A stretch of DNA of 64,000 nt from Mobula hypostoma (lineage: Eukaryota), in NCBI RefSeq assembly GCF_963921235.1, contig NC_086097.1, forward strand, positions 239,756,001 through 239,820,000. Direction: 5' to 3'. The translations under genes and the position numbers were made by a program. The stretch's first letter is position 1. Each line of letters starts with the position of its first letter. Below the pieces are notes generated by a model that worked only from the letters and a program-made list of their open reading frames with translations, made no database searches and was not told the DNA's origin. Positions 47,150 through 60,760 of this stretch are shown here, in pieces.

Positions 47150-50100
47150 TTTAAATGGCCACTGTGTGTTCTTCATACCGCATGTTGGAGTTCTGGGAGA
47201 CACTGGGTCTCCCAGGAAACTACATCTATGTGCAGTGCATCCAGCTGCAGCTTCTGAAGACCATGCTAGGGATCTGGAGCAGCAGCTGGATGACCTTCAG
47301 CTTGTGAGGAGAAAATCAATCAGAGTTATAGGAAACTAGTCACTCCTAGGTTCCAGGAGGCGAGTAGCCGGGTGACTGTCAGGAGAAGGAATGGGAAGGT
47401 GAATTGGCAGTTAGCACCTCTGATCACCTCTGTAGCTATTCCCCTCAATAATAAGTGTACCATTTTGGATACTGTTGTGGGGGTTGACCTCCCAGGGGAA
47501 TGCCATGGAGATTGGGTTACTGGTACTGAGCATGGGTCTGCGGTGCAGAAGGGAAAGAGGGAGAAGAGGGGAGCGGTAGTGATAGGGGACTCAATAGTCA
47601 GAGGAATAGACTGGAGACTCTATGGATGTGAACGGGACACCAGGGTGGTATGTTGCCTCCATGGTGCCAGGTTTAGGGACATCTTGGATTGCATCCACAG
47701 CATTTTGGAGGGAAGGGAGAACAGCCAGGTGTCTTGCTACATATTGGTACCAATGACATAGGAAGGAAAAGCAAAGAGGGCCTGAAGAGAGAGTTTAGAG
47801 ACCTAGACAGAAAGCTAAGAAGCAGGATCTCCAGGGAAGTAATTTCTGGACTTTTACTCATACCTCACGCCAGTGAGGGGAGAAGCAGAATGATTTGGCA
47901 GATAAACGTGTGGCTGAGAATCTGGTGCAGGAGGCAAGGCTTCAGGTTCTTGGATCATTGGGATCTCTTCTGCTTCTGCTTCTGGGGAAGGTATGACCTG
48001 TACAAAAGGGACAAGTTGCACATTAACTTGAGGGGGAACAATATTCTCACGGGCAGGTTTGTTAGAGCTGTTAGGGAGGGTTTAAACTGGCACGGGGCTT
48101 GGAACCGGAGCAAAGGGATTCAGGATAGGACAGATGGTTAAAAAAAAACAAAGACAATATGTGCATTCAGGCTGTCAGGAAGGGCAGGCAGATGATAGGA
48201 TACAATTGCAGCCAGCAGGGTGAATATCAGTGCATTAGCGAATCAGAATCAAAAAGGGTAACAACTACAGTACTCAAAGTGTTAGATCTCAATGCACGGA
48301 GTATAAGAAATAAGATGGATGATCTTGTTGCATTATTACAGTTTGTCAGGTATGATGTTGTCCTCACAGAATCATGACTGAAGGATGGTTGTAGTTAGGA
48401 GCTGAATGTCCTAGATTACCCATTGTATCAGAGGGATAAGAAGGTAGGGAGAGGAGATGTTGTGGCTCTGCTGGTAAAGAATGGCATAAAATTATGAGAA
48501 AGATGTGACATAGGATTGGAAGATGTTGAACCCTTGTGGGTGGAGTTAAGAAACTGCAAGGGTGAGAGGATCCTGATAGCAGTTATGTACAGGCCTCCCA
48601 GCAGTAGCTGGGATGTGGATCACAGATTACAACAGGAGATAGAAAAAGCATGTCAAAAAAGGGCAATGTTATGAATGTCACGGGAGATTTTAACATGCAG
48701 GTAGATTGGGAAAATTAGGTTGGTATGGATCTCAAGAGAGTGAACTTGTTGAATACATAGGAGATGGCTTTTTAGAGCAGTTTGATGATAAGCCTACTGT
48801 GGGATCAGCTCCACTGGATTGGATGTTATTTAATGAAACTCCAGTTATTTAGGGAGCCTTAGGTAAAAGAACCCTTAAGAGACAGTGATCACAATATGAC
48901 TGGGTTTAACTTGAAATTTGATAGAGAGGAAGTTGGCAGAAAAAAGAGAGTGTGAATAAATGGATCTTATTCTGGTTGGCTGCCGGTTACCAATGGAGTT
49001 CCACAGGGGTCGGTGTTGGGACTGCTGCTTTTTACAATGTATGTCAATGATTTGGACTATGGTATTAATGGATTTGTGGCTAAATTTGCTGATGATACAA
49101 AGATAGGTGGAGGAGCAGGTAGCGTTGAGGAAACAGAGAGACTTAAATAGTTTAGGGGAATGGCAAAGAAATGGTAAATGAAATACAATGTTGCAAAGTG
49201 TATGGTCTTGCACTTTGGTGGAAGAAATAAACGGGCAGGCTATTATTTAGATGGAGAGAGAATTCAAAATGCAGAGATGCAAAGGGACTTGGGAGTCCTT
49301 GTGCAAGATACCCTAAAGGTTAACCTCCAGCTTGAGTCGGTTGTGAAGAAGGCGAATGCAATGTTGGCATTCATTTCGAGAGGGATAGAATATAAGAGCA
49401 GGGATGTGATGCTGAGGCTCTATAAGTCACTCGTGAGGCCACACTTGGAGTATTGTGTGCAGTTTTGGGCTCCTTATTTTAGAAAGGATATACTGTCATT
49501 GCAGAGTTCAGAGCAGATTCACAAGAGTGATTCCAGGAATAAAAGGGTTACCGTATGAGGAATGTCTGGCATCTTTTGCGCTGTATTCCTTGGAGTTCAG
49601 GAGAATGAGGGGAGATCTCATAGAAACGTTCAGAATGTTAAAAGGCCTGAACAGATTAGATATGGCAAAGTTATTTCTCATGGTAAGGGATTCTAGGACA
49701 AGAGGGCAGAACTTCAGGATTGAAGGATGTTCATTTAGAACTGAGATGTGGAGAAATTACTTTAGTCAGAGGGTGGTGAATCTGTGAAATTTTTGCCACG
49801 AGTCGCTGTGGACACCAAGGTAGAGATAGATACATTCTTGATTATCCAGGGCATCAAAAGGTATGGGGTGAAGGCAGGGGATGGGGATGACTGGAAGAAT
49901 TGGATCATCTGAGTGGAGGCCTGTGACTAGTGGTGTGAAACAGGGATCAGTGCTGGGTCCATTGTTATTTGTCATCTATATCAATGATCTGGATGATAAT
50001 GTGGTAAATTGGATCAGCAAATTTGCTGATGATACAAAGATTGGAGGTGTAGTAGACAGTGAGGAAGGTTTTCAGAGTCTGCAGAGGGACTTGGACCAGA

Positions 50101-51022
50101 TGGAAAAATGGGCTGAAAAATGGCAGATGGAGTTTAATACAGACAAGTGTGAGGTATTGCACGTTGGAAGGACAAGTCAAGGTAGAACATACAGGGTTAA
50201 TGGTAAGGCACTAAAGAGTGCAGTGGAACAGAGGGATCTGGGAATACAGATACAAAATTCCCTAAAAGTGGCGTCACAGGTAGATAGGTTCGTAAAGAGA
50301 GCTTTTGGTACATTAGCGTTTATTAATCAAAGTATTGAGTATAAGAGCTGGACTGTTATGATGAGGTTGTATAAGGCATTGGTGAGGCCGAATCTGGAGT
50401 ATTGTGTTCAGTTTTGGTCACCAAATTACAGGAAGGATATAAATAAGGTTGAAAGAGTGCAGAGAAGGTTTACAAGGATGTTGCCGGGACTTGAGAAACT
50501 CAGTTACAGAGGAAGGTTGAATAGGTTAGGACTTTATTCCCTGGAGCATAGAAGAATGAGGGGAGATTTGATAGAGGTATATAAAATTATGATGGGTATA
50601 GATAGAGTGAATGCAAGCAGGCTTTTTCCACTGAGGCAAGGGGAGAAAAAAACCAGAGGACATGGGTTAAGGGTGAGGGGGGTAAAATTTAAAGGGAACA
50701 TTAGTGGGGGCTTCTTCACACAGAGAGTGGTGGGAGTATGGAATGAGCTGCCAGACGAGGTGGTAGATGCGGGTTCGTTTTTAACATTTAAGAATAAATT
50801 GGACAGATATATGGATGAGAGGTATATGGAGGGATATGGTCCGTGTGCAGGTCAGTGGGACTAGGCAGAAAATGGTTCGGCACAGCCAAGAAGGGCAAAA
50901 AGGACTGTTTCTGTGCTGTAGTTTTTCTATGGTTTCTATGGTTTCTATCCCATGATTGAATGGCAGAGCAGACTCAATGGGCTGAATGGCCTACTTCTGC
51001 TTCTATATCTTAAGGTCTTATG
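47150..51022 (+). mobile_element. Old CR1 (ORF1 zinc finger and esterase, ORF2 APE and RT, internally deleted), with a nested CR1-C in its 3' UTR
   Basis: VVIGDSIVRG and LHIGTNDIG (SGNH); LNARSI...VLTES; KKANAMLAFISRGIEYKS; 3' UTR resumes at ~50949. Confidence 0.9.
49905..50948 (+). mobile_element. CR1 family C, 5'-truncated, open RT frame
   Basis: ORF 49881-50864 uninterrupted (FADD...FFTQRVV); (TTTCTATGG)n tail. Confidence 0.92.
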
Positions 51023-51630
51023 GAGTCAGTGGTGCGGAAGGCAAATGCAATGCTCACGTTAATTTTAAGAGGTCTGGAATATAAGAGCAGGGATGTATTG
51101 CTGAGTCTTTATAAGGCACTGGTGAGGCCTCACCTTCAGTATTGTGAACAGTCCTGGGCTCCTTATCTAAGAAAATATGTGCTGGCATTGGAGAGGGTTC
51201 AGAGGAGGTTCACAAGGATGATTTCGGGAATGAAAGGGTTATCATATGAGGAATGTTTGATGACTCTGGGCCTGTACTCACTGGAATTTAGAAGGATAGT
51301 GGGGGGATCTCATTGAAATCTTTTGAATGTTGAAAGTTCTGGGCAGAGTAGATGTGGAAAGGACGTTTCCCATGGTGGGAAGTTAGGATAAGAGGGCACA
51401 GCCTCAAGACAGAGGGGCATCCATTTAAAATAGAGATGCAGAGAAATTTATTTCGCCAGAGGGTGGTGAATTTGTAGAATTTGTTACCACAGGCAGTTGT
51501 GGAGGCCAGGTCACTGGGTGCATTTAAGGCAGAGATTGAAGAAGATCGAAGAGGAGGAAAAAGGATCAACCATGATTGCAAGGTAGAGCAGACTTGACAG
51601 GCTAATTCTGCTCCTATGCTTTATGGTTGG
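51020..51630 (+). mobile_element. CR1 3' fragment
   Basis: RKANAML...ALVRPHLQY...ERVQRRFTRMI. Confidence 0.88.
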
Positions 51631-51647
51631 GAAAATGGGAAGGGAGA

Positions 51648-53110
51648 GTCATAGTCATAGTCATAGTCATACTTTATTGATCCCGGGGGAAATTGGTTTT
51701 TGCTACAGTTGCACCATAAATAATTAAATAGTAATATGTAAATTATGCCAGGAAATAAGTCCAGGACCAGCCTATTGGCTCAGGGTGTCTGACCCTCCAA
51801 GGGAGAAGTTGTAAAGTTTGATGGCCACAGGCAGGAATGACTTCCTATGACGCTCTGTGCTGCATCTCGGTGGAATGAGTCTCTGGCTGAATGTACTCCT
51901 GTGCCCACCCAGTACATTATGTAGTGGATGGGAGACATTGTCCAAGATGGTATGCAACTTGGACAGCATCCTCCTTTCAGACACCACCGTCAGAGAGTCC
52001 AGTTCCATCCCCACAACATCACTGGCCTTACAAATGAGTTTGTTGATTCTGTTGGTGTCTGCTACCCTCAGCCTGCTGCCCCAGCACAAAACAGCAAACA
52101 TGATCACACTGGCCACCACAGACTCGTAGAACATCGTCAGCATCGTCCGGCAGATGTTAAAGGACCTCAGTCTCCTCAGGAAATAGAGACGGCTCTGACC
52201 CTTCTTGTAGACAGCCTCAGTGTTCTTTGACCAGTCTAGTTTATTGTCAATTCGTATCCCCAGGTATTTGTAATCCTCCACCATGTCCACACTGACCCCC
52301 TGGATGAAAACAGGGGTCACCGGTGCCTTAGCTCTCCTCAGGTCTACCACCAGCTCCTTAGTCTTTTTCACATTAAGCTGCAGATAATTCTACTCACACC
52401 ATGTGACAAAGTTTCCTACCGTAGCCCTGTACTCAGCCTCATCTCCCTTGCTGATGCATCCAACTATGGCAGAGTCATCAGAAAACTTCTGAAGATGGCA
52501 AGATTCTGTGCAGTAGTTGAAGTCCGAGGTGTAAATGGTGAAGAGAAAGGGAGACGAGACAGTTCCCTGTGGAGCCCCAGTGCTGCTGATCACTCTGTCT
52601 GACACACAGTGTTGCAAGCACACGTACTGTGGTCTGCCAGTCAGGTAATCAAGAATCCATGATACCAGGGAAGCATCCACCTGCATCGCTGTCAGCTTCT
52701 CCCCCAGCAGAGCAGGGCGGATGGTGTTGAATGCACTGGAGAAGTCAAAAAACATGACCCTCACAGTGCTCGCTGGCTTGTCCAGGTGGGCATAGACACG
52801 GTTCAGCAGGTAGACGATGGCATCCTCAACTCCTCGTCGGGGCTGGTAGGCAAACTGGAGAGGATCTAAGTGTGGCCTGACCATAGGCCGGAGCTGCACC
52901 AGAACAAATCTCTCCAGGGTCTTCATGATGTGGGAGGTCAATTCCACCGGTCTGTAGTCATTGAGGCCACTGGGGCACAGCGTCTTCGGCACAGGGACGA
53001 GGCAGGATGTCTTCCAAAGCACATAAACCCTCCGGAGCCTCAGGCTCAGGTTGAAGACATGACGAAGTACTCCACAGGCTTGGGCTTTGAGTACCCTGGT
53101 ACTGACACCA
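51648..53110 (-). mobile_element. Rex1/Babar LINE, 5'-truncated
   Basis: ORFs 52390-53154 ([23 protein letters not shown]) and 51772-52371 separated by one stop; (ACTATG)n tail. Confidence 0.93.
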
Positions 53111-53347
53111 GGGAGGGAGCTGGAAGCACCAGAGAGACATTCTGTATTGGTCAATAAACCAGTTGTGTGGAATTAAATGTCATTGCCTGGTGTCTCGAGG
53201 TTGGCTGTGTTTGTACCTGCGCCGCCCTCTGCTCCAGGCACCCCTTCTCTGCCACATCCCTTTTGTGGTGCTCCACCCTCACCATTCCCAATATTCTTTG
53301 CTCCCACCAGATTTACAAACTCTCTCTCCGCTCCCCATTGACAAATA

Positions 53348-53413
53348 TAGTACTGTACTAAAGTCTTAGGCACCTTAGCTATATACATGTGCCCAAGACT
53401 TTTACACAGTAGT
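53348..53413. mobile_element. ~65-bp palindromic Tc1-type MITE
   Basis: TAGTACTGTACTAAAGTCTTAGGCAC ... GTGCCCAAGACTTTTACACAGTAGTG imperfect inverted repeats, TA on both flanks. Confidence 0.7.
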
Positions 53414-55799
53414 GTATGTCATGAAATTTGTTGTTGTGGCAGCAGTACAGCGCAAGACATCAAACATTACTTTAAGTTACAATATAAATGAATAAATAAA
53501 TTGTGTGATTCATGGGTTTGTAGACCGTTCAGTTGTTGAGTGTTGGTCTTTAGGCGTCTGTACATTCTCCCTGATCCCTGATAGCAGTAATGCGAAGGCC
53601 CCACATCCGAGATGCTGTGGGTCCTTAATGATAAACATCATCTTCTTGAGGTACTTACCTTTTGAAGATGTCCTCTGTAGGGGGTCAGTTTGTGCCTGCA
53701 ATGGACCGAGCGGAGTCCACAACCTTCCTTTTTTGATCTTGTACATTGCAGCCTGCATGCCAAACAGTGATGCACCCAGTCAGAAAGCCCTCCACCACAC
53801 TAATATCTCCTTATTCTAACTTCCCAAATTTCAAGTCTAACAAGTAAACAATGGACAATGCACAGCAATTTGCTGAGCATTCATGAATCTACAGTCAATA
53901 TTCTCATAACCTCTGCAGGGTTCATAGAGTAGACCTTAGTATTGAGCAATGTAATTGCCAACCTGCTGAGGGCCCACAGTGACAGCATTTCTGGGAGGAA
54001 CATACTATTAATACTTTTTCACCATCACTATGGATCATAATGTATTCAGATGACAACGATGCTAACATACTGACTATTATTATAGAAGCCCAGTCAATGC
54101 ACGAATGTTAACAAAGAATCTAATACCACACTGGTGCTGTGCAACATGAAAGTTAAATATGCTGTAGATCCTGAAGATCCAAGATAAAACAGAAAAGGAT
54201 CAGTACAGTTAATAGATGTGGAAAGAGAAACGGTGCTAATTTTTCAAGTCAAAGACCCATCTTCAGAATTGGGGAAGAAAGAAAATAAATATGTCCAGGA
54301 GGTCATGCAAAATTAACGGAGAGAAATGTTGTGTAGGTCCCACAACCCTGCTTTTACCAACACGTTACAAAGACAAGGAAGCATTGAACTGACAAACACT
54401 ACCTCACTAACTTTTTTCCCTCTTTTCTTAGCACTACTTATTTAACTTTTCAAATATATATATACTTACTGTAATTTACCTTCTTATTATGTATTGCAAT
54501 GTACTTCTGCCACATAACAATAAATTCCACGATGTATGCCAGTGATATTAAACCTGATTCTGCTTCTGATTCCAACTTCCATGTTAATTCATTTGGTCTC
54601 ATCCTATCAGAGATATTAATGTTGCTCTATCGAATATCCATCCCTCACCCAACTTCTCTGCTACAACAACTGATAAACCCAACAATTCTGCTAGATGCTG
54701 GAAATCAGGATGCTGCCCGACCTGTTGAGTTCTTCCAGAACTTCTGGTGTGTTACAAACAGCTGAATTGCTTCCTCCTTGTCTCAGCTCTGACATTGATC
54801 TTGCATCTGAATCAGTAAGTCTTTCAAGAGTTACCTGACCCACTGAGTGCTTCAAGCATTTTCTATTTATGTAATGTCCTAACATGGTGGGGCAAAGACT
54901 GGTAACTGCATCAGGTGCGAATTGTGTATGGTGTCAGCATCTTTATTAACGGGTTCAGAGACCTGAAACATATTCCAGATCCAACCACTGGCAGAAATGA
55001 CTTAGTTATCACACTATAAGTCAAAGTTACAGTACGTGAATGAGTGAGGCCTCTATCAGTCAGTCGAACGTGGATGTTGCATCCCAGCTGTCTAGATATG
55101 CACGCCTGGGCAAATATATATACATTACATGAATATACATTAAAATTATGAGCAAAAATAAGAGACTTAGCCCCTCAAGATTTTGCCATTTAAGAACATC
55201 AGAATCAGATTTATAACCACTGACATTTGACTTGAAATTTGCAGCAAAGACTTAAAAATGTATAACTCATGAAAATAAATAAACAGTTCAAATAATGAAA
55301 TGACAAGGCAATGTTTATGCTCTGATGGCAAAGGGGAAGAAGTTGTTCCCAAATCATTGGATTTTGATCATAAGCTTTCTATAGCAACTCCCTGATGGTA
55401 GTAATGAGAAGAGGGCACATCCTGAATGGTGAGGGTCCTTAATAATGGATGCCGCCTTCTTGAGGTGCAAACTCGCAAAAATCTGCAGATGCTGGAAATC
55501 CAAAGCAACCAGTTTCGCCTATCGGCCTGCCGTTTTGCACTTCTTCACCTCTTCCCCCTCACCTTCTTATTCTGACTTCTCCCCTTTCTTTCCTGTCCTG
55601 ATGAAGGATCTTTTCCATAGAGGCAGTGCTTTATGAAGGTACCCTTAATGGTGGGGAGATTGAGTTCACTGAAGTCTATCACATGGCTGATGTGACAGCA
55701 AATTTAAGGCCATGTGCCTGCTCACCGCTGGTAATAATTCATCTTCTTGATAATCAAGATCCCAAGTCGAGATCTATCGCAGGCACACTAACCGGCTAA

Positions 55800-56105
55800 C
55801 ATTTATTTATTTTATTTTGCGATACAGCACGGCGTAGGCCCTTCCGGCCCTTCGAGCCACGCTGCCCCAGCAACTCCAACAACCCTGACCAAACCTAGCG
55901 TAATCACAGGACAATTTACAATGACTAATTAACCTACCCCGTACGATTTTGGACTGTGGGAGGAAACCAGAGCACCTAGGGAAATCCCACACATTCCACG
56001 GGGAGGATGTACAGACTCCTTACAAAACAGCGCCGGAAATGAACTCCAGACTCCAGAATGCACTGAACTGTAATAGTGTTGCTCTAACATCTATACTAAC
56101 CTGGT
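55800..56105 (-). mobile_element. HE1/V-SINE-like SINE
   Basis: (TTTA)n tail and reverse-complemented V-domain. Confidence 0.85.
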
Positions 56106-56653
56106 GACCAGGTATTCTATTTTGCCAGATACTGTTCATGTTTCTGAATGTCATTGCTGAAGTATTCAGTTTTTTCTCATTAATGGCAATTTATTATCAG
56201 CAACAATTTTGTTTTGAAAACAATTTTTTTTTCCTCAATCATTCATGGATTGTAGGTAGTGCTAACATTCGTTGTCTGCCGCTAACTGCCCTTGGTGAGA
56301 TATAGACACAAGAGATTTTGCAGATACTGCAAATCCAAACCAGCACACACGGTATACTGGAGGAACTCAACAGGTCAGCCGGCGGACATGGAGAGGAATG
56401 AATTTTCAACATTTTGGACTGAGGGATCTTTGAAAAGCAAAGCTGAGGCTTATTAATTGTATGTTTTGTTATAATCTCTCAGAGACAGAGTTCCATTTGG
56501 GTCTCACCACTCTCTGGCTAAAGAAATTCCTCCTCGTTTCTATTCTAAATGGATATCCTTCTATTCTGAGGCTGTGCCCTCTGGTCCAAGACTCCACTAC
56601 AAGAAACATCCTCTCCACTTCCAATCTAGGCCTTTCAATATTCAATAGTCTTC

Positions 56654-57527
56654 TGTCACGTAACCCGTGACAGGTTAACGAACCAGCAGAAATGGAAAAC
56701 ACTTTGGAGTCTGGTATTGCTATTAACTAATATTATTTATTAGTAACTATGCAATACAGTAATATAAATGTAGATAAATCAAACAGGGTAGCAATGATTA
56801 TATATAAGTAAATGTGGAATATATATAAAAACCAAGCTTCTTCAAGTCTAGGGGTAAATAGGTACAATCTTACGATGATGAGTAAAGTTCTGTTCAGTTT
56901 GTGGTTTTGAGTTGAGTAGTGATGGAGAGAGAGAGAGGGGGAGAGATTTGAGTCTTCAGATGAGCTGACACCGTCGATCTTCCCGTTATCCTCCGAAATC
57001 CTTTAAAAGCCACCGACTGTGACTTCAATAAAGGGGACCGTTCCTCTGTGGTGGAATCATCAACCCAGGCAAGGGTTGGAATATGGACAACTCCCCACAG
57101 GTCTATCCCTTTTCTCACTGCAAGAGCCACTGATCGATTCTCCAAAAACCCACTTTTTCTGTGGGCACAACAAAGCTCATTCAGTTTCCAAAAACATGTG
57201 TTGCAGGTCTATCATCTGACCTCCTATTTATCTCACCGTACTAAACACCAACTGTCTCTCAAATAACTCCTCCTTCCTTTGTCAGTGTAAGAATGCACTA
57301 GCGGGCCATGTCCTATAAACACGCTCCAGAGAAACCGTAACATCAATTGTCCATCAAATAACGCCGCCCTCGGTCACCATAGCGACTTACGAGCTGCTCG
57401 GTGCCCTCTCTCTCTGAACTCAGCAGAAATCCAAAAGTTACTCTCAGTTCTTCCTCGTGCCTTAAAGTGACAGTCCACAGGAAATATGAATCTTAGGGGT
57501 TCATAACACTGTCTCAAAGCAGTCTTC

Positions 57528-57559
<32 letters not shown>

Positions 57560-57650
57560 CTCTCTCTTAAAAATCAACCTGAGGTGCTTTATACCTCTCT
57601 CTCTCTTTTTAAAAGCGCAGTTCATAGGGGTAATTTAGGACCCCGTCATA
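56654..57650 (-). mobile_element. Solo LTR (~1 kb) inserted in a CR1 fragment (56480-57710)
   Basis: Termini TGTCACG...CGTCATA; 4-bp TSD CTTC at 56650-56653 and 57651-57654; CR1 sequence continues on both sides. Confidence 0.75.
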
Positions 57651-58099
57651 CTTCAAAGAGATCCTCTTCATTCTTCTAATCTCCAGTGAGTACCAGGCTA
57701 GAGTCATCAAACACTTTTTTTTATTACTAAGTGCAATCGTGAACAATAGCCAGATCAGAAATGCTGATCAAGTCAACTAGTTCCCAAAGAGAACTCTGAT
57801 AGGCCAATCAGATGGTTCACTGCTGCTGAATCATTAAGAAACATTGAAAAATAGTAGAAATACTGGAGTCATGATGACCATGATGAAATCTGCTGGAGAG
57901 AGACATTTATACACATGCTGTCCTCCACAATTCAAAGAGATTGAAGGATGAGGTTGCATGGTGACAAAACATGGCAGGGGCACTTGGAATTAAAAACTAA
58001 TCCCTACCGGGAGAAAACAGCATCTGTTCTTTCCGCACTGTTCTCCAGCAGTTTAAGGACTAAGTCCAGCCGGAACATAACTCACAAGTGCTCTTGAAA

Positions 58100-58191
58100 C
58101 AACACACATAAAAGTCGCTGGTGAACGCAGCAGGCCGGGCAGCATCTCTAGGAAGAGGCGCAGTCGACGTTTCAGGCCGAGACCCTTCGTC
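58100..58191 (-). mobile_element. 92-bp Penelope-derived mini-insertion with hammerhead core
   Basis: Perfect 13-bp TSD AGTGCTCTTGAAA at 58087-58099 and 58192-58204; minus strand (CU)GACGA-AGGGUCUCGGCCU-GAAAC-GUC-GACUG. Confidence 0.9.
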
Positions 58192-59254
58192 AGTGCTCTT
58201 GAAAGTCAGGTATTAACCCTACCTACCAACAACCAAGCATTACTATCCTGGTCCCCTTCATGATAGCTTATGAAGAAGCATATGACTTCCCTCCCAGAGA
58301 TATTAGGTGTTTGTGCACTCGACTCTTGAAGGCTTGGACCTACTCTTAAGGTAATCAGATTTATTAAAGGAACTTACCCAGCCTTACCTCACTTGGAGTG
58401 AAGCTCTTCCTCAGCCTCTGCTCACTGATGCTACCATGGCTCCAAGTTATGCATGCTGGTTCAGGAGCCTTATAATTGTAGGGAACTAACGGTTTCATTC
58501 ATCCACCATTTTTCCCCATATCTCCCACACCTTTCTGCTTTGATTACCTTTAAAATATGTAGAACTTTTTACGATGATAAAATCCAGTAGTTTTGCCATT
58601 ACCATTTCATACTAGGTTATTAAATACAGTATCATCACAAATCAATCTAAATAAAATACCAAGACATATTTTCCTCATGTTCAGTATTGAGGCATTTCTT
58701 AGAGCTACAGCTGCGGCAATGAACTTTTCACACAAACATCAGCGAAAGGGCTCATTTGATGTTTTAGAAGCCTTAAAGAAATATTAATGCAGATGAGGCA
58801 TGATTGTCACTTGCTCATTCTTGCCAGCAAAATTGTATTCGGTTACACTGTGCATGTCTAAAGTGGATGTGCCGATGATTTTTCTGAGAGATCATAAGCT
58901 TTGATAAAAGATGTAATTTCTGGTTTGCAGATGTTAATGGATGTGTACCCTTGGCCTTTAATCGTACTGTCTCTCCTCAATCACAAATCATAGTACATTT
59001 TTTCCACATTATAATCACTGAAATTGCTTGAATTGGGTTTTATATTTACTTGTTTAACCAGCTACTCTGATATATTAAAGTGCGCACTAGTCATCACAGA
59101 ATTTGTTATCAAACAGAATTGGAATCAGCAGTGTTTTTTTTCCCCCCCACTGTTACGACAGTAGCATTGGGTTTAATGACAATGCATGTTAACTCCTTGG
59201 TGTTTATGGAAAAGACTGAACAATGCTTCACACAGGAAAGTAATCCTTGTGGTA

Positions 59255-60005
59255 AACATAGAAACATAGAAAATAGGCGCAGGAGTAGGCCATTCGGCCC
59301 TTCGAGCCTGCACCGCCATTTATTATGATCATGGCTGCTCATCCAACTCAGAACCCCGCCCCAGCCTTCCCTCCATACCCCCTGACCCCTGTAGCCACAA
59401 GGGCCATATCTAACTCCCTCTTAAACATAGCCAATGAACTGGCCTCAACTGTTTCCTGTGGCAGAGAATTCCACAGATTCACCACTCTCTGTGTGAAGAA
59501 GTTTTTCCTAATCTCAGTCCTAAAAGGCTTCCCCTCTATCCTCAAACTGTGACCCCTTGTTCTGGACTTCCCCAACATCGGGAACAATCTTCCTGCATCT
59601 AGCCTGTCCAATCCCTTTAGGATCTTATACGTTTCAATCAGATCCCCCCTCAATCTTCTAAATTCCAACGAGTACAAGCCCAGTTCATCCAGTCTTTCTT
59701 CATATGAAAGTCCTGCCATCCCAGGAATCAATCTGCTGAACCTTCTTTGTACTCCCTCTATGGCAAAGATGTCTTTCCTCAGATTAGGGGACCAAAACTG
59801 CACACAATACTCCAGGTGTGGTCTCACCAAGGCCTTGCACAACTGCAGTAGTACCTCCCTGCTCCTGTACTCGAATCCTCTCGCTATAAATGCCAGCATA
59901 CCATTCGCCTTTTTCACCGCCTGCTGTACCTGCACGCCCACTTTCAATGACTGGCGTATAATGACACCCAGGTCTCGTTGCACCTCCCCTTTTCCTAATC
60001 GGCCA
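59255..60005 (-). mobile_element. CR1 family A 3' fragment
   Basis: Open RT C-terminus (59348-60004); nearly identical to 181-762. Confidence 0.95.
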
Positions 60006-60464
60006 AACGTTCTAAATATTGATGCTCTAAGAGAGTTGAAAATCTCAGGAGAAGAAACATATTGGCTTTGTACTTGGATCATTTCCCTTGCTGTTTTATG
60101 ATTAATCACAACTTGCAAGATATTGATTGTATAATTTAGTTTATTGCCCATGTGCTTTACTGTTGTTTTCTTAAATTGGTTCAGTCAACCCTTTAAAAAA
60201 ATCATCACAGATAAGTTCTCATGTAAAGCCTTACACCACCTTTTACCCACAGTAAGCAGAGAAGCATCTAGCTTTCTAGAAAACAGTAGAGTGGAAAATT
60301 GTATTTTGCAGATTTAATTCCATGTATCACACTGGGTTCTGCAACTTCACAGAATCGGAATCAGGTTTGTTATCACTGTTGAATATGACGTGAAATTTGT
60401 TGCTTGTGTTGAAGAAACCCTTCCTGAATCAACAAACAGCTTCTTCCCCTTTGCCATCAGTAGA

Positions 60465-60760
60465 GTGGCACGGTAGCGTGGTGGTCAGCTCAACACTTTA
60501 CAGAACCAACGACCTGGGTTCAGTTCCTGCTGCTACCTGCAAGAAGTTTGAACGTTCTCCCCGTGACCGCGTGAGTTTCCTCTGGGTGCTCTGCTTTCTT
60601 CCCGCAGTCCAGTGATGAACTGGTTAGTAAGTTATTTGATCGTTGTAAAATTGTACCATGATTATGCGAGGATTACACTGGGGGATTGCTGGGCTGCACA
60701 GATTGAAGGGCCAGAAGGGCCTATTCCATGTTGTATCTCAATACACAAACAAATAAATAA
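60465..60760 (+). mobile_element. HE1/V-SINE-like SINE
   Basis: Collinear with 10533-10820. Confidence 0.8.

Noticed and set aside
53163..53310. Possible additional solo LTR
   Set aside because: Could not define termini or a TSD
59348..60151. 267-aa ORF with a novel N-terminus (similarly 40378-40989)
   Set aside because: Flanking sequence read through into a truncated CR1 RT
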